Shown here: positions 28,769 through 32,000 of the stretch, one piece after another
How the letters are laid out: each line of letters opens with the position of its first letter
Position numbering within the stretch: the stretch's first letter is position 1
Source of the DNA: Sulfolobus acidocaldarius DSM 639
Lineage (GTDB): Archaea; Thermoproteota; Thermoprotei_A; Sulfolobales; Sulfolobaceae
DNA: 32,000 nt
Direction: 5' to 3'
Assembly: GCF_000012285.1 (NCBI RefSeq)
Contig: NC_007181.1
Coordinates: 1,620,001 to 1,652,000 of the forward strand
The notes under the pieces: model-generated
The model's input: only the letters and a program-made list of their open reading frames with translations
Told to the model about the DNA's origin: nothing
Databases searched by the model: none
Made by a program: the position numbers and the translations under genes

Positions 28769-29004
28769 TAGTTAGAGATGTTGTACTTACTTTAATAAAT
28801 ATTGTGAGTTCTAGCCATTCCTCCTCAATGACTACTATAAAACATAAACACTCTAACCGTGTATCTTGTCTACATTATGTTATCTTTCAACAATGACTAG
28901 TGATGACGTAGTTCTCCGTCTTGATACTCTGAGATTTCCAGTAGTCTCCGGTTATAAGGGTGAAGGAGTACCTATCATTTATTTTCACGCAGTCAGAGAA
29001 TTTA

Positions 29005-29060
29005 CTAGTGATGATGGAGTCGCGACCTGACTGGTGATGTAGCTGAGCACTCTGATATGA
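29005..29060 (+). ncRNA. candidate C/D-box sRNA (2'-O-methylation guide)
   Basis: The archaeal architecture is complete. C box GTGATGA (29008-29014), 12-nt guide TGGAGTCGCGAC, D' box CTGA (29027-29030), 3-nt linker, C' box GTGATGT (29034-29040), 11-nt guide AGCTGAGCACT, D box CTGA (29052-29055). A TTTATTTT box at 28978-28985 places a predicted TSS at about 29005-29010, and a T-run follows at 29067-29070. The region has no credible ORF. Confidence 0.55.
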
Positions 29061-29096
29061 CGAGTGCTTTTAGACCTTGGTACTCCTCCAATATCT

Positions 29097-29285
29097 CTAG
29101 TTAATGACAGCCCTCTCTCCCAAGACAAGGTATAGTCTCTCCTTATAGCTCTTTGAATTCACTGTCATTACATCCACTTTGTCTCCAGGGCGAATGGGTA
29201 TTGCTAAATTCTCAGTTAAGTTAACAAGTCTCACTCTAATAGCTAATACTGTCATATCAGTCATTGAGACCTTTGAAGTTCCCAT
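29097..29285 (-). CDS. small hypothetical protein, faint AbrB/SpoVT-like motif (doubtful)
   Basis: 62-codon ORF. The segment NLAIPIRPGDKVDV resembles the ..LGI.PGDKVEV hairpin of AbrB-type antitoxins, but the preceding half of the domain is not recognisable and no toxin partner is present. Confidence 0.3.
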   Translation of the reverse strand: MGTSKVSMTDMTVLAIRVRLVNLTENLAIPIRPGDKVDVMTVNSKSYKERLYLVLGERAVIN

Positions 29286-29866
29286 CCCTCCAGGTTAACT
29301 CTCTGCGCCGAAAAGGCAAAGAGATATAAAATGGTCGCTAATATTCCACCCGCTTCGGCTCTAACACCTTAGGCTCATTCTCCTTTGACGAGATAGATGA
29401 CGTCGAGAACTTTGTTACGCATAAATGTTTTAGCGCTCCCCTAAAAGATGAGGAGAATATTATAGGGTGTCCCATCGGATCTCTCTACACTGGTAGATCA
29501 ACAATACCTGACCCCATTCTTACGCCCATATGGAGTGAAGTTACGGCGTAAACCATGAAAGGATAGACCTTATGCATATTAAACGGAATAGAAATAAAAA
29601 TCTATAAATACTTTTTGGTAAATTTTCATCTTGTAAAATTTTTCTCAATATTAATGCAAAATATAATTAGTGTCAGTATATTTCTGTTTTTTATCATTAT
29701 CACTCTATACAATTATCCTCATTAGATACCTAGAAGCTCAGTTCTAGTTTCCTCACGTTCTTACTTCACTAAGCTTACAGCTTCTCCCTTCCTCGCCAGA
29801 GGACCATCGATCGCCATTAAGACTACGCCGTGATACCCTATCTTCACATCTCATAACTCTATGACC

Positions 29867-30409
29867 TCAGCTTACCCAAAACTCCTTAGTGCAGATGAAT
29901 GCGTACTCCTCTCCGTCACGACCACCCTTACCTTTTACCAAATACCACTTCCCGCAGTCGTACGCAGTGAAGACCATCACTTCGCCGTAGTTCTCGACAT
30001 TAAGCCTCATCCACGTAGGGTATTTCAAGTTCTTGTTAACCGCGCCAAATGGGTCAAAGTGAGGTCCAAGAATAAGGTATTTTTGTGGCAAAATGGGCAT
30101 TTCCTCACCTAGTAATTCAAAGTCTTTCAGTACGTATTTTCTCCAAACTCCTCTTAAAACTAGGTCTCTTCCAGTTCTTACCACCTCCAGAGGTAGATTT
30201 GGGTACAACGAGAATGCTATTGCGGGAACGAAGAACACAGTTATTATAGGTGTGATAATTAGTAAAGGCGTTACTTCACTTAAATGAGGGACTGCCGTCA
30301 ACGCTTCAATAATGGCTATAACGGTGAGAAAAATGGGTACATACGCTGGAAGCAGCAAATACAGGAGAATCTTCGGATTACTCTTCACTATGTCAATTAG
30401 TCTCGTCAA
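29867..30409 (-). CDS. hypothetical membrane protein adjacent to the CRISPR array
   Basis: 180-codon ORF with a TTG start. A TTTTTATT box (30450-30443, minus strand) predicts a TSS about 9 nt upstream. Two N-terminal TM helices are followed by a soluble domain. The overlapping plus-strand ORFs have poorer composition. Confidence 0.6.
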   Translation of the reverse strand: MTRLIDIVKSNPKILLYLLLPAYVPIFLTVIAIIEALTAVPHLSEVTPLLIITPIITVFFVPAIAFSLYPNLPLEVVRTGRDLVLRGVWRKYVLKDFELLGEEMPILPQKYLILGPHFDPFGAVNKNLKYPTWMRLNVENYGEVMVFTAYDCGKWYLVKGKGGRDGEEYAFICTKEFWVS

Positions 30410-30634
30410 TTATCCTCATAAACTAAATCAAAATATTGAGAGAATAAAAACTTTTTCCTTATTTGTTACAGCAGAGTTGAAGGAGGGAACATTTAACGTT
30501 GCAGACTCCCCCTCCGCCGAGATTGGATCAATATGGTAATCAACTTTGTATGAGTACTGATTCTCATAACCACACAAGGGACACGTTATAACCCTACATA
30601 AGCGATAACATTTGGGACGTAAAATTTTGCTTCA

Positions 30635-30646
30635 AAATTAATATAT
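30635..30646 (+). promoter_or_regulatory. TATA-like box facing into the CRISPR array
   Basis: AAATTAATATAT, with TTAATATA at 30638-30645, predicts a TSS at about 30670, the first nucleotides of the terminal repeat. This could be either the pre-crRNA promoter or an antisense promoter at the trailer end (see findings). Confidence 0.35.
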
Positions 30647-30668
30647 GTGTCATGATATTTTACATGGA

Positions 30669-32000
30669 GTTTTAGTTTCTTGTCGTTATTACATCATTGG
30701 AATTGGGCTAGCCCTATTTTTCTTGATAGTTTTAGTTTCTTGTCGTTATTACAGTTGGTAGTGGGCAGATATCTAGCCCTGACCACTGTTTTAGTTTCTT
30801 GTCGTTATTACTGATGTCGAATACCGGAGTCAAGATGTTGATGAAAAGTTTTAGTTTCTTGTCGTTATTACAAATAACGAAGATTTAAGTGGTTTTGAAC
30901 CAAGAGAAGTTTTAGTTTCTTGTCGTTATTACTGATCACATGTTTTATCGGTAGTACATAATGTAGAAAGTTTTAGTTTCTTGTCGTTATTACGAGGAGT
31001 TTGATAAACTTTTGGAATTTCTTGAGAGGTTTTAGTTTCTTGTCGTTATTACGAAATATAGCAAGAGTTCTGTGGTCGCTATATTAGTTTTAGTTTCTTG
31101 TCGTTATTACATCATTAGCACGATATTTCATCATCACTGCAGTAATCGTTTTAGTTTCTTGTCGTTATTACCTCAAAAATATAATGCGTAAGCTTAAATA
31201 CCCAACGTTTTAGTTTCTTGTCGTTATTACTTTTTATTCTATATTTGAATAAAGCATAAAGTAATCGTTTTAGTTTCTTGTCGTTATTACCTAATATTAA
31301 TGGCAGTAGAAGTCTCGAACAACACGTTTTAGTTTCTTGTCGTTATTACTATCTCGCAATAAATGAGAGAGAGTCGGCGAGTGTGTTTTAGTTTCTTGTC
31401 GTTATTACTATGTTTGTTGTATTGCTAGCGTAATATTGTATTACAGTTTTAGTTTCTTGTCGTTATTACACACAATATCTTAGTCATTACTGGAATGACT
31501 ACAACGTTTTAGTTTCTTGTCGTTATTACATCATTAGCACGATATTTCATCATCACTGCAGTAATCGTTTTAGTTTCTTGTCGTTATTACTGTAGTAAAT
31601 TGATATAATCGGATTGAAGAGAGTGGTTTTAGTTTCTTGTCGTTATTACAGGGATATCTGGAAGTAATACACCAGTACTATACGTTTTAGTTTCTTGTCG
31701 TTATTACGCCATTCAACTCAAAACTTATAGAAGATTACGAAATAGTTTTAGTTTCTTGTCGTTATTACCCAAATGCTAAAAATAGAAAAGGTAGGAGAGT
31801 TATTAGTTTTAGTTTCTTGTCGTTATTACCGGTCTTCCAAAATTACTTAATGCTCTTGATAATAAAGTTTTAGTTTCTTGTCGTTATTGCTAAGGCTAAT
31901 TTTGATCGATAAAGATGAAGAAGAAAGGTTTTAGTTTCTTGTCGTTATTACTATCTAACCCTCTCTTTTTCAACTCTTTGAAGATAAAAGTTTTAGTTTC
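30669..32000 (-). CRISPR. CRISPR array, 24-bp repeat GTTTTAGTTTCTTGTCGTTATTAC (plus-strand reading), 22 complete repeats plus a 23rd cut by the window edge; spacers 34-38 bp
   Basis: Repeats start at 30669, 30729, 30788, 30848, 30909, 30970, 31029, 31087, 31148, 31207, 31267, 31326, 31385, 31446, 31506, 31567, 31626, 31684, 31745, 31806, 31867, 31928 and 31990 (partial). All are identical except the one at 31867-31890 (A->G at 31889). The strand call is an inference. The reverse complement GTAATAACGACAAGAAACTAAAAC ends in a ...AAAC handle-like 8-mer, it is the orientation I recall for the S. acidocaldarius/S. tokodaii repeat family, and no adaptation cas genes flank this end. Confidence 0.97.

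Noticed and set aside
28893-29030. 45-codon plus-strand ORF (MTSDDVVLRLDTLRF...) overlapping the C/D sRNA candidate.
   Set aside because: It is short, has no promoter-consistent start, and its end coincides with the D' box. The sRNA interpretation explains the conserved boxes better.
29861-30539. Plus-strand ORFs 29861..30112, 30093..30287 and 30312..30539.
   Set aside because: The first two, and the first ~100 nt of the third, lie antisense to the 180-aa minus-strand ORF, which has clear TM helices and a promoter. The remainder of the third runs through that gene's upstream region. The plus-strand products are compositionally odd.

Overview
AT-rich crenarchaeal (Sulfolobales) chromosome segment. 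Gene content and order match what I recall for Sulfolobus acidocaldarius: lacS/bgaS, the ytrA operon, cbsAB-soxLN-odsN, then a CRISPR array. That assignment is from memory, not from a search. Three blocks are visible. (1) 1-7.8 kb holds the 3' end of a GH1 beta-glycosidase, a YtrA-type GntR regulator with its membrane-protein partner, a secreted GH12-like glucanase, a 972-aa heavily N-glycosylated surface protein and a wHTH protein. (2) 8-18.4 kb holds two paralogous polytopic membrane proteins, an aldehyde dehydrogenase and the complete cbsA-cbsB-soxL-soxN-odsN cytochrome b558/566 plus Rieske/cytochrome b cluster. (3) 18.4-30.7 kb is an accessory, decay-rich island. It contains a stand-alone cas6, a GT2 glycosyltransferase, a coiled-coil plus PD-(D/E)xK protein with perfect intragenic repeats, a tnpB tail relic, a partial gene duplicate, a membrane-anchored Hanks-type Ser/Thr kinase, several long ORF-free gaps and a well-formed candidate C/D-box sRNA. 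It ends in a CRISPR array running from 30669 to the window edge, with 22 full 24-bp repeats plus one cut by the edge. Most start codons sit about 25-32 nt downstream of a TATA-like box, consistent with leaderless transcripts. No complete, nameable novel system could be demonstrated. The best candidates for follow-up are the island genes next to the array, a solitary repeat-like 24-mer upstream of cas6, the C/D sRNA candidate, the membrane-protein pair and a purine-rich unannotated island at 2.15-2.46 kb.
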